64,000 nucleotides of DNA from Alphaproteobacteria bacterium (GTDB taxonomy: Bacteria > Pseudomonadota > Alphaproteobacteria > JBFXJJ01). Positions 22,701 to 31,988 of the stretch are shown piece by piece (positions within the stretch are counted from its first letter, which is position 1; the number at the start of each line of letters is the position of its first letter). Below the pieces are notes generated by a model. The model did no database searches and had not been told where the DNA came from. It saw nothing but the letters and a program-made list of their open reading frames with translations. A program made the translations under genes and the position numbers. The DNA is taken from NCBI GenBank assembly GCA_050175015.1, contig JBFXJJ010000002.1:128001-192000 (forward strand), read 5' to 3'.

Positions 22701-22970
22701 ATGTCGATTACACCAGAACGCAAACAAGAATTAATTAAAGAATTTGCAATCAAAGAAGGCGATACAGGTTCACCAGAAGTTCAAGTAGCTATTCTTTCTG
22801 AAAGAATTAAAAATTTAACTGAACACCTCAAAGAACACCAAAAAGATTTTCACTCTCGTCGTGGTCTTTTAGTTATGGTTGGACAACGCCGCCGTCTTCT
22901 CGACTACACCAAGAAAAGTTCACAAAAACGTTATGAAAGCTTAATTGCTAGACTTGGTTTACGTCACTAA
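22701..22970 (+). CDS. rpsO: 30S ribosomal protein S15
   Basis: [19 protein letters not shown]. Confidence 0.98.
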   Translation: MSITPERKQELIKEFAIKEGDTGSPEVQVAILSERIKNLTEHLKEHQKDFHSRRGLLVMVGQRRRLLDYTKKSSQKRYESLIARLGLRH

Positions 22971-22992
22971 TAAAAACTTATTAATATCTCTA

Positions 22993-23029
22993 ATAGCAAG
23001 CTTGTTTTTAATAAACAAAGCTTGCTATA
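22993..23029 (+). terminator. Hairpin after rpsO (terminator or processing stem)
   Basis: atagcaagctt...aagcttgctat inverted repeat between rpsO and pnp. Confidence 0.55.
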
Positions 23030-23131
23030 AGGGATAAGATTCGTCTAATCTCTGTGAGACGTAAAATATACAGAAAAATTTTAATGTAGGCTTTGTTAAA
23101 ATAACAAAGAAATTAGGAAGGGAAAAGGATT

Positions 23132-25285
23132 ATGACTATGTTTAATGTGTTCCGCGAAGAGATGGAATGGGGCGGACGCAAACTCTCAATTGAAACAGGT
23201 AAAATTTCACGCCAAGCTCTCGGCTCTGTTATTGTTACCTATGGTGAAACAATCGTACATTGCGCTGTGGTTGCTGCCACCGAAGCAGGAGAGGCTCAGG
23301 ATTTTTTCCCCTTAACTGTTAACTACCAAGAAAAAACTTATGCCGCAGGAAAAATTCCCGGCGGCTTTTTCAAACGTGAAGGTAAAGCTTCAGAAAAAGA
23401 AACTTTGACATCTCGTCTTATCGATCGTCCAATCAGACCATTATTTGCTAAAAATTTTAAAAATGAAACACAAGTAATTTGTACTACAATCAGCCATGAT
23501 ATGGTCAACGATCCAGATATTATATCAATTATCGCAACATCAGCTGCTCTCACAATTTCTGGTCTGCCTTTCTTAGGCCCAATCGGTGCTGTTCGTGTTG
23601 GTTATCAAAATGGTGAATTCAAAATCAATCCTCTCGTAACAGAACAAAAAGAAAGTGACTTAAACCTTGTTGTTGCTGGAACTAGAGAAGGCGTTTTAAT
23701 GGTTGAATCTGAAGCTCAGGAACTTTCAGAAGAAACTATGCTTGAAGCTGTTATGTTTGGTCACGAAGCTTATCAAAGCGTTATTAATATGATTATTAAG
23801 CTTGCTGAAAAATGTGCCAAAGATCCGTGGGTTGTTTTAGAAGATGCCCCAGAAAAAGCTATTGTTACAGAAAAACTTAGAACAACCTTTGGCGAAGATT
23901 TAAAAGAAGCTTTCAAGCTTACCGTAAAACAAGAACGCGTAAGCAAAATTGAAGAAGTAAAAAGCAAAGCATTAGAATCTCTTGGCGAAAATGACGCTGA
24001 AAAAGCTGTTTTCTTAGATGTATTCAAAGCTTTAGAAAGCGAAATCGTAAGAGGACAAGTTATCAAAACAGGAATTCGTATCGACGGAAGAGATACTAAA
24101 ACCGTACGTCCGATTGAATGCGAAGTTGGAATTCTTCCAAGAGCTCACGGCACAGCGCTTTTCACCAGAGGTGAAACTCAGGCATTGGTTGTTGCAACGC
24201 TCGGCACGGGTCAAGATGAACAAATCATTGACTCTTTAGACGGCGAATCTCGCCAGCATTTTATGCTTCATTACAACTTCCCTCCGTATGCTACAGGAGA
24301 AGCTAAACGTATGGGGCCTCCAGGACGTCGTGAAATTGGACACGGAAAACTTGCTTGGCGTGCTCTAAACCCATTACTTCCAAGCAAAGAAGATTTTCCT
24401 TATACTATCAGATCAGTTTCTGAGATTATGGAATCAAACGGTTCTTCATCTATGGCAACAGTATGCGGTACCTCACTTGCTCTTATGGACGCAGGTGTTC
24501 CTTTAAAACGTCCAGCAGCAGGCATTGCTATGGGCTTAATTAAAGAACCAGATGGCAGCTTTGCTGTATTAACCGATATCTTAGGCGATGAAGATCATTT
24601 AGGCGATATGGATTTTAAAGTAGCAGGAACCGAAAAAGGTATTACTGCTCTTCAAATGGATATTAAAATAACTTCTATTACCAAAGAAATTATGAAAACC
24701 GCTTTACAGCAGGCACACGAAGGCAGAATGCATATTTTAGGAAAAATGCTAGCAGCATTACCTGCACCTCGTACTGAAGTAAACAAAAATGCTCCAAGAA
24801 TTACATCTTTCCAAATAGCTAAAGATAAAATTCGTGAAGTTATTGGAACAGGCGGAAAAGTTATTCGTGAAATCACAGAAAAAACGGGCTGCAAAATTGA
24901 TATTAACGATGATGGCATTATTAAAATTGCATCAACTTCTCAAGAAGAAGGCGATAAAGCAATCAAATGGATTAAAGATATCGTGTCAGAACCAGAAGTT
25001 GGTGAAATTTATGATGGAAAGGTTGTAAAAATTCTTGAATTTGGAGCTTTTGTAAACTTCCTTGGCAGCAGAGATGGACTTGTTCACATTTCAGAATTAA
25101 GACCTCAACGTGTAGAGAATGTTACAGACGTTTTAAAAGAAGGCGATGAAGTAAAAGTTAAATGTATCGGAATTGACAACAAGGGAAAAGTTAAACTTTC
25201 AATCAAACGTGTCAATCAAGAAACAGGTGAAGACATCGAACATCTTTTAGAAAACAACAAAAGTTCTTCTAAAGATGATGAGTAG
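23132..25285 (+). CDS. pnp: Polyribonucleotide nucleotidyltransferase
   Basis: [36 protein letters not shown] and S1 domains. Confidence 0.98.
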   Translation: MTMFNVFREEMEWGGRKLSIETGKISRQALGSVIVTYGETIVHCAVVAATEAGEAQDFFPLTVNYQEKTYAAGKIPGGFFKREGKASEKETLTSRLIDRPIRPLFAKNFKNETQVICTTISHDMVNDPDIISIIATSAALTISGLPFLGPIGAVRVGYQNGEFKINPLVTEQKESDLNLVVAGTREGVLMVESEAQELSEETMLEAVMFGHEAYQSVINMIIKLAEKCAKDPWVVLEDAPEKAIVTEKLRTTFGEDLKEAFKLTVKQERVSKIEEVKSKALESLGENDAEKAVFLDVFKALESEIVRGQVIKTGIRIDGRDTKTVRPIECEVGILPRAHGTALFTRGETQALVVATLGTGQDEQIIDSLDGESRQHFMLHYNFPPYATGEAKRMGPPGRREIGHGKLAWRALNPLLPSKEDFPYTIRSVSEIMESNGSSSMATVCGTSLALMDAGVPLKRPAAGIAMGLIKEPDGSFAVLTDILGDEDHLGDMDFKVAGTEKGITALQMDIKITSITKEIMKTALQQAHEGRMHILGKMLAALPAPRTEVNKNAPRITSFQIAKDKIREVIGTGGKVIREITEKTGCKIDINDDGIIKIASTSQEEGDKAIKWIKDIVSEPEVGEIYDGKVVKILEFGAFVNFLGSRDGLVHISELRPQRVENVTDVLKEGDEVKVKCIGIDNKGKVKLSIKRVNQETGEDIEHLLENNKSSSKDDE

Positions 25286-25329
25286 CTTTTAGTATAATTT
25301 TTTAGTTTTTTCAAAGGAGAAAAAGCCCA

Positions 25330-26724
25330 ATGAAGGCTTTAAACCCAGTTCTTATATCAGGTAAAGAAATTTTGCCTCTTATTGAAGGCGGCAAAGGCAT
25401 TAATGTTTCCGACGGCGTCAGCACAGGCGCTTGGGCAAATGCAGGAGGCGCAGGAACATTTTCTGCAGTAACTTGTGATTGTTATGATGAAAATGGGGAA
25501 TGGCTCCCAGAAAAATACTATAAAAAGACAAGAAAAGAACGCCAAGATGAGCTTGTTGAATACTCAATAAAAGGCGGTATAACGCAAGCTCATATTGCCC
25601 ACGAAATGTCAAACGGCAACGGTCGTGTCCATATGAACATTTTGTGGGAAATTGGCGGCTGCGATGCCACACTTAAAGGAATCTTAGAAGGAACCAAAGG
25701 CATTCTTCACGGAATAACCTGCGGTGCAGGAATGCCCTATAAGCTTGCCGAGATTACTTCAAGTTATGGTGTTTACTATTATCCTATTGTTTCTTCAGCT
25801 AGAGCATTTAATGCCTTGTGGAAAAGGGCCTATCACAAATTTCCTGAGTTTCTAGGCGGAGTAGTTTATGAAGATCCTTGGTGTGCTGGCGGTCATAATG
25901 GACTGTCCAACAGTGAGAATCCAAGAGAACCACAACCTCCATACAGCCGTGTTGTTGCTTTACGTAAAGCTATGATAGATGTGGGATTAAAAGACACTCC
26001 AATTATTGTGGCAGGCGGGGTATGGTGGCTTGAAGAATGGGAAGACTGGCTAGACAATCCTGAAATAGGTAAGGTTGTTTTCCAATTTGGAACCCGCCCT
26101 CTCCTAACACAAGAAAGCCCTATTACTGATAATTGGAAACAAAAACTTCTAGACCTTAAGAAAGGCGATGTTTTGTTACAAAAATTCAGCCCTACCGGTT
26201 TCTATTCTTCCGCTGTCAAAACTAGATTTTTAAACAATTTAGAACGAAGAAAACAAGCAGAAATAGAATATTCTCTAGAAGCATCTGATACCAAGAACAC
26301 CTCCGTTACAACCAGAAGCAATAACACTGTTTATGTTTCTGAAGCCGAGGCTGCCCAAATTAAATCTTATGAAACCGATGGTTTAACCGTTGTTAGAAGA
26401 ACTCCAGACAACACCTTGGTATTCTTAACTAAAGATGAAGACGATCGTTTTAAAAAAGAAATATCGGAATGTATCGGTTGTTTGTCGGCTTGTAATTATT
26501 CTGCTTGGTCAGAAAGAGACAATGGTTCTACTGGGAAAATCCCAGATCCTCGTTCTTTCTGTATTCATAAAACACTCATTGACATTTCTCACGGTGGAGA
26601 TGTTGAGGATAATATTATGTTTGCAGGTCATAATGCTTACCGCTTCGGGTTGGATCCTTTCTACAATGATGGATTTATACCAACGGTTGCCGAACTTATT
26701 GAGCGCATAAAAACTGGAAAATAA
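25330..26724 (+). CDS. Nitronate monooxygenase-family flavin oxidoreductase
   Basis: IEGGKG, CGAGMPY, AGGHNG, FQFGTR, C..CL..C cluster, FAGH. Confidence 0.85.
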   Translation: MKALNPVLISGKEILPLIEGGKGINVSDGVSTGAWANAGGAGTFSAVTCDCYDENGEWLPEKYYKKTRKERQDELVEYSIKGGITQAHIAHEMSNGNGRVHMNILWEIGGCDATLKGILEGTKGILHGITCGAGMPYKLAEITSSYGVYYYPIVSSARAFNALWKRAYHKFPEFLGGVVYEDPWCAGGHNGLSNSENPREPQPPYSRVVALRKAMIDVGLKDTPIIVAGGVWWLEEWEDWLDNPEIGKVVFQFGTRPLLTQESPITDNWKQKLLDLKKGDVLLQKFSPTGFYSSAVKTRFLNNLERRKQAEIEYSLEASDTKNTSVTTRSNNTVYVSEAEAAQIKSYETDGLTVVRRTPDNTLVFLTKDEDDRFKKEISECIGCLSACNYSAWSERDNGSTGKIPDPRSFCIHKTLIDISHGGDVEDNIMFAGHNAYRFGLDPFYNDGFIPTVAELIERIKTGK

Positions 26725-26848
26725 AAAATCTTTCTATTTGCAGTATTGCCTTTTTTGGGATAAAATTAAGCTGTTTTTGTCTAAATGATTTTTATCATTA
26801 ACCAAAAGCAGAGCTTATAGTTTTACCCTCTAAAGGCGATTTAATAAT

Positions 26849-27874
26849 ATGAAAAAAGAAGTATTTGCTCCATCATTAAAAACCAGCCTTAACCGCCCTT
26901 CTGTTCAACAGGAAGAGCACAATCTTATAAGCGGTGCTGCTAAAAATTATCCAAGACTACGGCTAAAAAAAGACAGCCTTGATTCTTTGGTAAAACTTAT
27001 TGGCGAATTAGAAAAATCGGAAAGAGGGCGGAATTTGTTAACCGCCGCTGAAAAAAGTGATGCTTGGATTGGCTTCAGCCATAATATGGCAGCTCAGGGA
27101 AGCTATTGTGAAAAACAAAACAGGATTATGCTTAATTCTTCAATTAATAGCGATAAAATGGTTGTTACTTTAGCTCACGAGCTCCGTCATGCCGAACAGT
27201 TTAACACAACGGTCGATATAAGCCCGTCTACAGATACCTCAAAAACCTATTTAATGGGACAGTTTGCAATTGAAGCTGACGCTAATGCCCATTCAACATT
27301 AGTTGCGTGGGAATTAAAACAGCTTGGTAACGAAAAACCTTTTGAGGAATTTAAAAAAGAATCTCCTCATATTGTTAATCCTTTTGAAGAGAAGATAAAC
27401 GCCGGCGATACTTTAGGAGCTTTAGATGCCGCCTTTAACGGCTGGTACACTAATATGAATATTAGAAGAGCTTACGAAAAGAATTATACTGGTATGCTTG
27501 ATCAAGAAGGAGTTCGTTTTTCTAAAAGTCCTGATGCTATGGCTAGGGAAATATCTCCCGCCGATACTATAAATCGAACCTGTGTTTATAATAACAGTAA
27601 TTATTTTAAGAGTAATCCTGATATTTTAGAGGATAAAGAACACTTAAGTTTAGGGCACGAAACTTGGTGGTCATGCTGGCGGACATATCGTGATCTTGCT
27701 AATCGCAAAGATTACACCTCCTCTTCAGAAGTAGCTAATCAGAAAATGACAGACATTCCCCGCCGTGAAAACAGTGATTATTATTATGAAATTTCTCCTG
27801 AGCAGGCGAAAAATGCAGCCAAGCCGTCATTCAGCCTTTTGATAAATAAGCTTATGAGACAAAAAGGCAAATAA
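26849..27874 (+). CDS. Putative zinc metallopeptidase (DUF6782-like)
   Basis: LAHELRHAEQ (HExxH) and downstream EADA. Confidence 0.6.
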   Translation: MKKEVFAPSLKTSLNRPSVQQEEHNLISGAAKNYPRLRLKKDSLDSLVKLIGELEKSERGRNLLTAAEKSDAWIGFSHNMAAQGSYCEKQNRIMLNSSINSDKMVVTLAHELRHAEQFNTTVDISPSTDTSKTYLMGQFAIEADANAHSTLVAWELKQLGNEKPFEEFKKESPHIVNPFEEKINAGDTLGALDAAFNGWYTNMNIRRAYEKNYTGMLDQEGVRFSKSPDAMAREISPADTINRTCVYNNSNYFKSNPDILEDKEHLSLGHETWWSCWRTYRDLANRKDYTSSSEVANQKMTDIPRRENSDYYYEISPEQAKNAAKPSFSLLINKLMRQKGK

Positions 27875-28087
27875 GACCGTTAGAAAAAACATTTTTTTAA
27901 ACTTCTGGCATTTTGGTTTAACTAGGCTTTTTTATTTTTTCCTCTTTACCAATCTTAAAACTATGCTCTAAAGTGTCGTTATTAATTTTGCCTAATTGCA
28001 GCTCTTAATAAACATTTTTTACTTTTATCAAAAGTAAAATCAATTTTTTTAAAAATACAAAAGTTTCTATATGAACGAACATTGTCC

Positions 28088-28167
28088 TAGAAATACCCTC
28101 CTATGTTCTTTTTTTGTTCTTGACAACTGAACTTTTTATGTGATATAAAATCTGTCAGGTTCAGTAA
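28088..28167 (+). promoter_or_regulatory. sigma70 promoter with LexA box, candidate operator and +1 motif
   Basis: TAGAA-N6-TCCTA 28088-28103; GTTC-N7-GTTC 28105-28119; TTGACA 28120-28125; TG-A-TATAAA 28141-28149; CAGGTTCAGTAA 28156-28167. Confidence 0.75.
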
Positions 28168-28248
28168 CTCTTAGTGTGCCTTTTTTATATGACGTATTAG
28201 AAATAGACAGTTATAGTTTGAAGAAAGGTGTTTTTAAGGATTTTAGTT

Positions 28249-28767
28249 ATGAAAAGATTCGTTTTTTTTATTATGTTTGTTTTTTGCTTGTTTACGGGTT
28301 CGAGTGTCAGGGCAGAATATTGCTGGATGATTGGCTGTGAAGGTGCTGTCGGCTATGTTTTTTTAACGGAACCTCAGCAGTGGAGTGAGCCTAAGACCAG
28401 CATCGTTTTTAATGGCAAAGAATATAAAATATTTAATCCAGAACACACTTTTTTATTTACTAAATCAGGACTGCCTAAAATTGGTGAAGAAGTAGAACTT
28501 AACATTGGCACCCCTATCTATGAAGAAGATGAAATTATCGAACGAAGCGATATGTTCAAAAAGTTCAAGTCGGGCTTAAACGAAAATCCAGAAGAATATG
28601 GACCTAGTGATGACATATGTCTTACTTGGCCGAGTGGTTATGATGGAGAGTATCCTATGGCAGGCGGAACTATTTTAAAAATCTTAGGATATAAGACGTT
28701 TAGCTTTGATAATGAAGATTTTCTTTTTGCAAAAGTAAAAATTCTAAAAGATGGCGGAACAGATTAA
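28249..28767 (+). CDS. Exported protein, copy 1 (immunity-like)
   Basis: Sec signal ending VRA|EYC; paralog of copies 2 and 3; start placed by alignment and RBS aagga. Confidence 0.8.
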   Translation: MKRFVFFIMFVFCLFTGSSVRAEYCWMIGCEGAVGYVFLTEPQQWSEPKTSIVFNGKEYKIFNPEHTFLFTKSGLPKIGEEVELNIGTPIYEEDEIIERSDMFKKFKSGLNENPEEYGPSDDICLTWPSGYDGEYPMAGGTILKILGYKTFSFDNEDFLFAKVKILKDGGTD

Positions 28768-28848
28768 TTTTTTTAACCTTTATCTTTTTTATAAAGGTTT
28801 TTAGCTGTTAGGTTAACTTAAAAAGAATAGATTTTAAGGATTTTAGTT

Positions 28849-29364
28849 ATGAAGAGATTGTTTTTTTTAATTGTTTTGAGTTTTTGCTTGTTTACGGGTT
28901 CGATTGCCAGAGCAGAATATTGCTGGATGATTGGTTGTGAAGGTGCTGTCGGCTATGTTTTTTTAACGGAACCTCAGCAGTGGAGTGAGCCTAAGACCAG
29001 CGTCGTTTTTAATGGCAAAGAATATAAAATATTTAATCCAGAAGACACTTTTTTATTCACTAAACCAGGACTGCCTAAAATTGGTGAAGAAGTAGAACTT
29101 AATGTTGGCACCCCTATCTATGAAGAAGATGAGATTATCGAACGAAGCGATATGTTCAAAAAGTTTAAATCGGGCTTAAACGAAAATCCAGAAGAATATG
29201 GACCTAGTGATGATATTTGTTTTGACTGGCCGAGTGATTACGATGGAGAGTATCCTATGGCAGGCGGAACTATTTTAAAAATCTTAGGATATAAGACGTT
29301 TAGCTTTGATAATGAAGACTTTCTTTTTGCAAAAGTAAAAATTATTAAAGATGGAATAAGATAA
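28849..29364 (+). CDS. Exported protein, copy 2 (immunity-like)
   Basis: Signal peptide ending ARA|EYC. Confidence 0.8.
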   Translation: MKRLFFLIVLSFCLFTGSIARAEYCWMIGCEGAVGYVFLTEPQQWSEPKTSVVFNGKEYKIFNPEDTFLFTKPGLPKIGEEVELNVGTPIYEEDEIIERSDMFKKFKSGLNENPEEYGPSDDICFDWPSDYDGEYPMAGGTILKILGYKTFSFDNEDFLFAKVKIIKDGIR

Positions 29365-29445
29365 ATTTTTTAACCTTTATTTTTTTTATAAAGGTTTTTA
29401 GCTGTTAGGTTAACTTAAAAAGAATAGGTTTTAAGGATTTTAGTT

Positions 29446-29961
29446 ATGAAAAGATTGTTTTTTTTAATTGTTTTGAGTTTTTGCTTGTTTACGGGTTCGA
29501 GTGTCAGGGCAGAATATTGCTGGATGATTGGCTGTGAAGGTGCTGTCGGCTATGTTTTTTTAACGGAACCTCAGCAGTGGAGTGAGCCTAAGACCAGCGT
29601 CGTTTTTAATGGCAAAGAATATAAAATATCAAGTCCTGATGATGTATTTTTATTTACTAAACCAGGATTGCCTAAAATTGACGAAGAAGTAGAACTTAAC
29701 ATTGGCACCCCTATCTATGAAGAAGATGAGATTATCGAACGAAGCGATATGTTCAAAAAGTTCAAATCAGGTCTAAAAGAGCCATATATTGGGGTAGAAG
29801 ATGTCTGGAAAATTAGTCTTACTTGGCCGAGTGATTATGATGGAGATTATCCTATGGCAGGCGGAACTATTTTAAAAATCTTAGGATATAAGACGTTTAG
29901 CTTTGATAATGAAGACTTTCTTTTTGCAAAAGTAAAAATTATTAAAGATGGAATAAGATAA
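29446..29961 (+). CDS. Exported protein, copy 3 (immunity-like, with two divergent patches)
   Basis: Signal peptide; ISSPDDVF and KEPYIGVEDVWKISL differ from copies 1 and 2. Confidence 0.8.
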   Translation: MKRLFFLIVLSFCLFTGSSVRAEYCWMIGCEGAVGYVFLTEPQQWSEPKTSVVFNGKEYKISSPDDVFLFTKPGLPKIDEEVELNIGTPIYEEDEIIERSDMFKKFKSGLKEPYIGVEDVWKISLTWPSDYDGDYPMAGGTILKILGYKTFSFDNEDFLFAKVKIIKDGIR

Positions 29962-30001
29962 ATTTTTTAACCTTTATTTTTTTTATAAAGGTTTTTAGCT
30001 G

Positions 30002-30037
30002 GCGGCAAAGATTTTTTAGTCTTTGCCGCTTTTTTTA
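30002..30037 (+). terminator. Intrinsic terminator directly upstream of the 564-aa gene
   Basis: gcggcaaaga-N-tctttgccgc followed by a T-run. Confidence 0.8.
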
Positions 30038-30065
30038 TTTATTAAATTTTAAGGAGAATATAATT

Positions 30066-31760
30066 ATGAATAATTTGCGAACTAACGATGTTCTTTCAAA
30101 AAGACTTAAAAAAACAACCGATAAAATAGAACAAGATAAAGACTTGATTATCAAAGCCGTCGGAAAGAATGAAGATGAAAGCGGGAAAAAAACCTACCAA
30201 ATATCACACGCAGGAACTTCAAAAAGCAGTTTTTCCGTCGGTCGTCTGCAAACAGATTTTGCTGGAGACGATAAAGAAATAACCAGAGATGATTTTATAA
30301 AAAACATAAATAATATAAATAGAAATCTTTTTAATGATGGAAAAATAACCAACGATGGGCTTTTAACCTCAGACGATATTAACCAAATAAAAGAAGGGCT
30401 AGTAATCAAAGGCAACGTAAATGCTATTTCAAAGTCCGTAAAAAACAAAATTAATACGGCTTTGCAGTCAAAAGAAGGTCAAGAGATTGTTAACAAGTTA
30501 GACAAGCAGCAAGTTAACAATCTTTTAGTCGGTGTCAAAAAAACTCGTGATGCAGCATTGTCCAACCCCGATATTGCTAATAATCCAGCCTCTGCAGCTT
30601 ATGTTAATTCTGATGCTTTTATGCTTCGAATTGCTGATAATATTAACCAATATGGCTCAAATGGTCGCATGTGTGATTGGCTTAAAGGTGATAAAACTTA
30701 CATTGATAAGAAAACTAACAAGGAAAAACCTTTTGGAAACCCAATTTCAAAAGATGTTACTATTTCAGGAGATGTTCTTAAAAAATATACCGATAATTAT
30801 AAATATGCAAAGGAGCATACAAAAAACTATAATAAGCGAATTGATAATCTTGATACGGTATTAAAAGAACAAAAAGATAATCCTGCAAAAAAACAAAACA
30901 ATGAAGCTGATTTTAAACAACCAAGCGTTTTTTCAGGTTCTAAAGATATTGCAAAAAACATCGATAGCAATCTTTCTAATCCAATTGATTTTGATAAGAT
31001 TAAAACAAAACAAGATGCTATTGCTGAAACCCTTGGAACTGATGCCGCAAACGCAGGTCAGAATAACAATACAGATAACACCAGACAAGGCGATGAGACC
31101 GTTGCTTCAAACAGTTTTCTGTCTAAAGATACCGCAGCAGGTAATTTTAAAAACGGCAAAAACAATGCCAATGATATTCTTGAGAAGTTAAGCAAAAATG
31201 TCGATATTTCCTCTATAATATTAGCAAAAAGACCAGAAGAGATGACTAAAGAAGAAATGAGAGAAGCGCAAAATTTTGTTTTTGATAAAGTTTTTCACCC
31301 CAAAAGATTAGAGGTTGATGATCATATTAAAAAATATTTTGGCGTCCGCTATCCAGGAAAAACCGAATATGATGATACGGGAAGAATGATTGACACACCG
31401 TCTGTTATTAATGAACCTTTAGAACCAAGCCAGATTAAGGATAAACAAGGAAAGCCTGTAGAGCATGGACTTAAAGGCATTGCGGGATTAATCGATAATG
31501 CTGATGGAATAACGGGAGGAAAAGGCGTTGAGGTATTGCAAAAAGCCTTAAATTATCTAGGTCGTTCTTTTGGTGTTAACGATTATGATGTTCCAGATAA
31601 AATCTATCTAAGAGAACCCGTTAAAACGCTAAAAGAAGATAATATCTTGGGACCTAAAACGGCAACCGCAACTTTTGACAATCTTGTTAAAAACGGTGCT
31701 AATAATTTAACAAATGCCTTTAACAGCATTTTAAAAAAACAAAAAGACGACCTTTATTAA
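30066..31760 (+). CDS. Putative peptidoglycan-targeting protein (lysozyme-like N-terminus, PG-binding-like C-terminus)
   Basis: SKSSFSVGRLQTD (S-x-G-x-x-Q); VEVLQKALNYLG...LKEDNILGPKT..A resembles PG_binding_1; no signal peptide; RBS aaggag. Confidence 0.55.
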   Translation: MNNLRTNDVLSKRLKKTTDKIEQDKDLIIKAVGKNEDESGKKTYQISHAGTSKSSFSVGRLQTDFAGDDKEITRDDFIKNINNINRNLFNDGKITNDGLLTSDDINQIKEGLVIKGNVNAISKSVKNKINTALQSKEGQEIVNKLDKQQVNNLLVGVKKTRDAALSNPDIANNPASAAYVNSDAFMLRIADNINQYGSNGRMCDWLKGDKTYIDKKTNKEKPFGNPISKDVTISGDVLKKYTDNYKYAKEHTKNYNKRIDNLDTVLKEQKDNPAKKQNNEADFKQPSVFSGSKDIAKNIDSNLSNPIDFDKIKTKQDAIAETLGTDAANAGQNNNTDNTRQGDETVASNSFLSKDTAAGNFKNGKNNANDILEKLSKNVDISSIILAKRPEEMTKEEMREAQNFVFDKVFHPKRLEVDDHIKKYFGVRYPGKTEYDDTGRMIDTPSVINEPLEPSQIKDKQGKPVEHGLKGIAGLIDNADGITGGKGVEVLQKALNYLGRSFGVNDYDVPDKIYLREPVKTLKEDNILGPKTATATFDNLVKNGANNLTNAFNSILKKQKDDLY

Positions 31761-31798
31761 TTTATAGTATTTTGCTTATGTTCAAATTTTAAACAATA

Positions 31799-31828
31799 GC
31801 GGCAAAGATTTTTTAGTCTTTGCCGCTT
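31799..31828 (+). repeat. Second copy of the 30-bp hairpin at 30002-30031
   Basis: gcggcaaagattttttagtctttgccgctt is identical at both sites. Confidence 0.9.
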
Positions 31829-31988
31829 CCCTGTTTATTTAACTTTATGGCGGGCAACACTTAAAACAAGGTTTACTTTAAAATGTTGTCTCTTATTTTG
31901 CCTTACGGCAAATGTCTGCCGATGCGCTTTGCTTTTAGCAAAAGCAAAAGTAAAACTTTTTTAAAAAAATAGCTAAATATCAATCAAT

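Larger units (their letters stand above)
28232..30000 (+). repeat. Tandem triplication of a ~600 bp gene plus intergenic unit
   Basis: ATGs at 28249, 28849 and 29446 (periods 600 and 597); near-identical coding sequence, RBS and downstream hairpin aacctttat...ataaaggtt. Confidence 0.95.

Noticed and set aside
28232-30000. CRISPR array or diversity-generating retroelement
   Set aside because: Repeat units are whole ~600-bp genes; no short repeat-spacer pattern, cas or reverse transcriptase gene; differences are not adenine-specific
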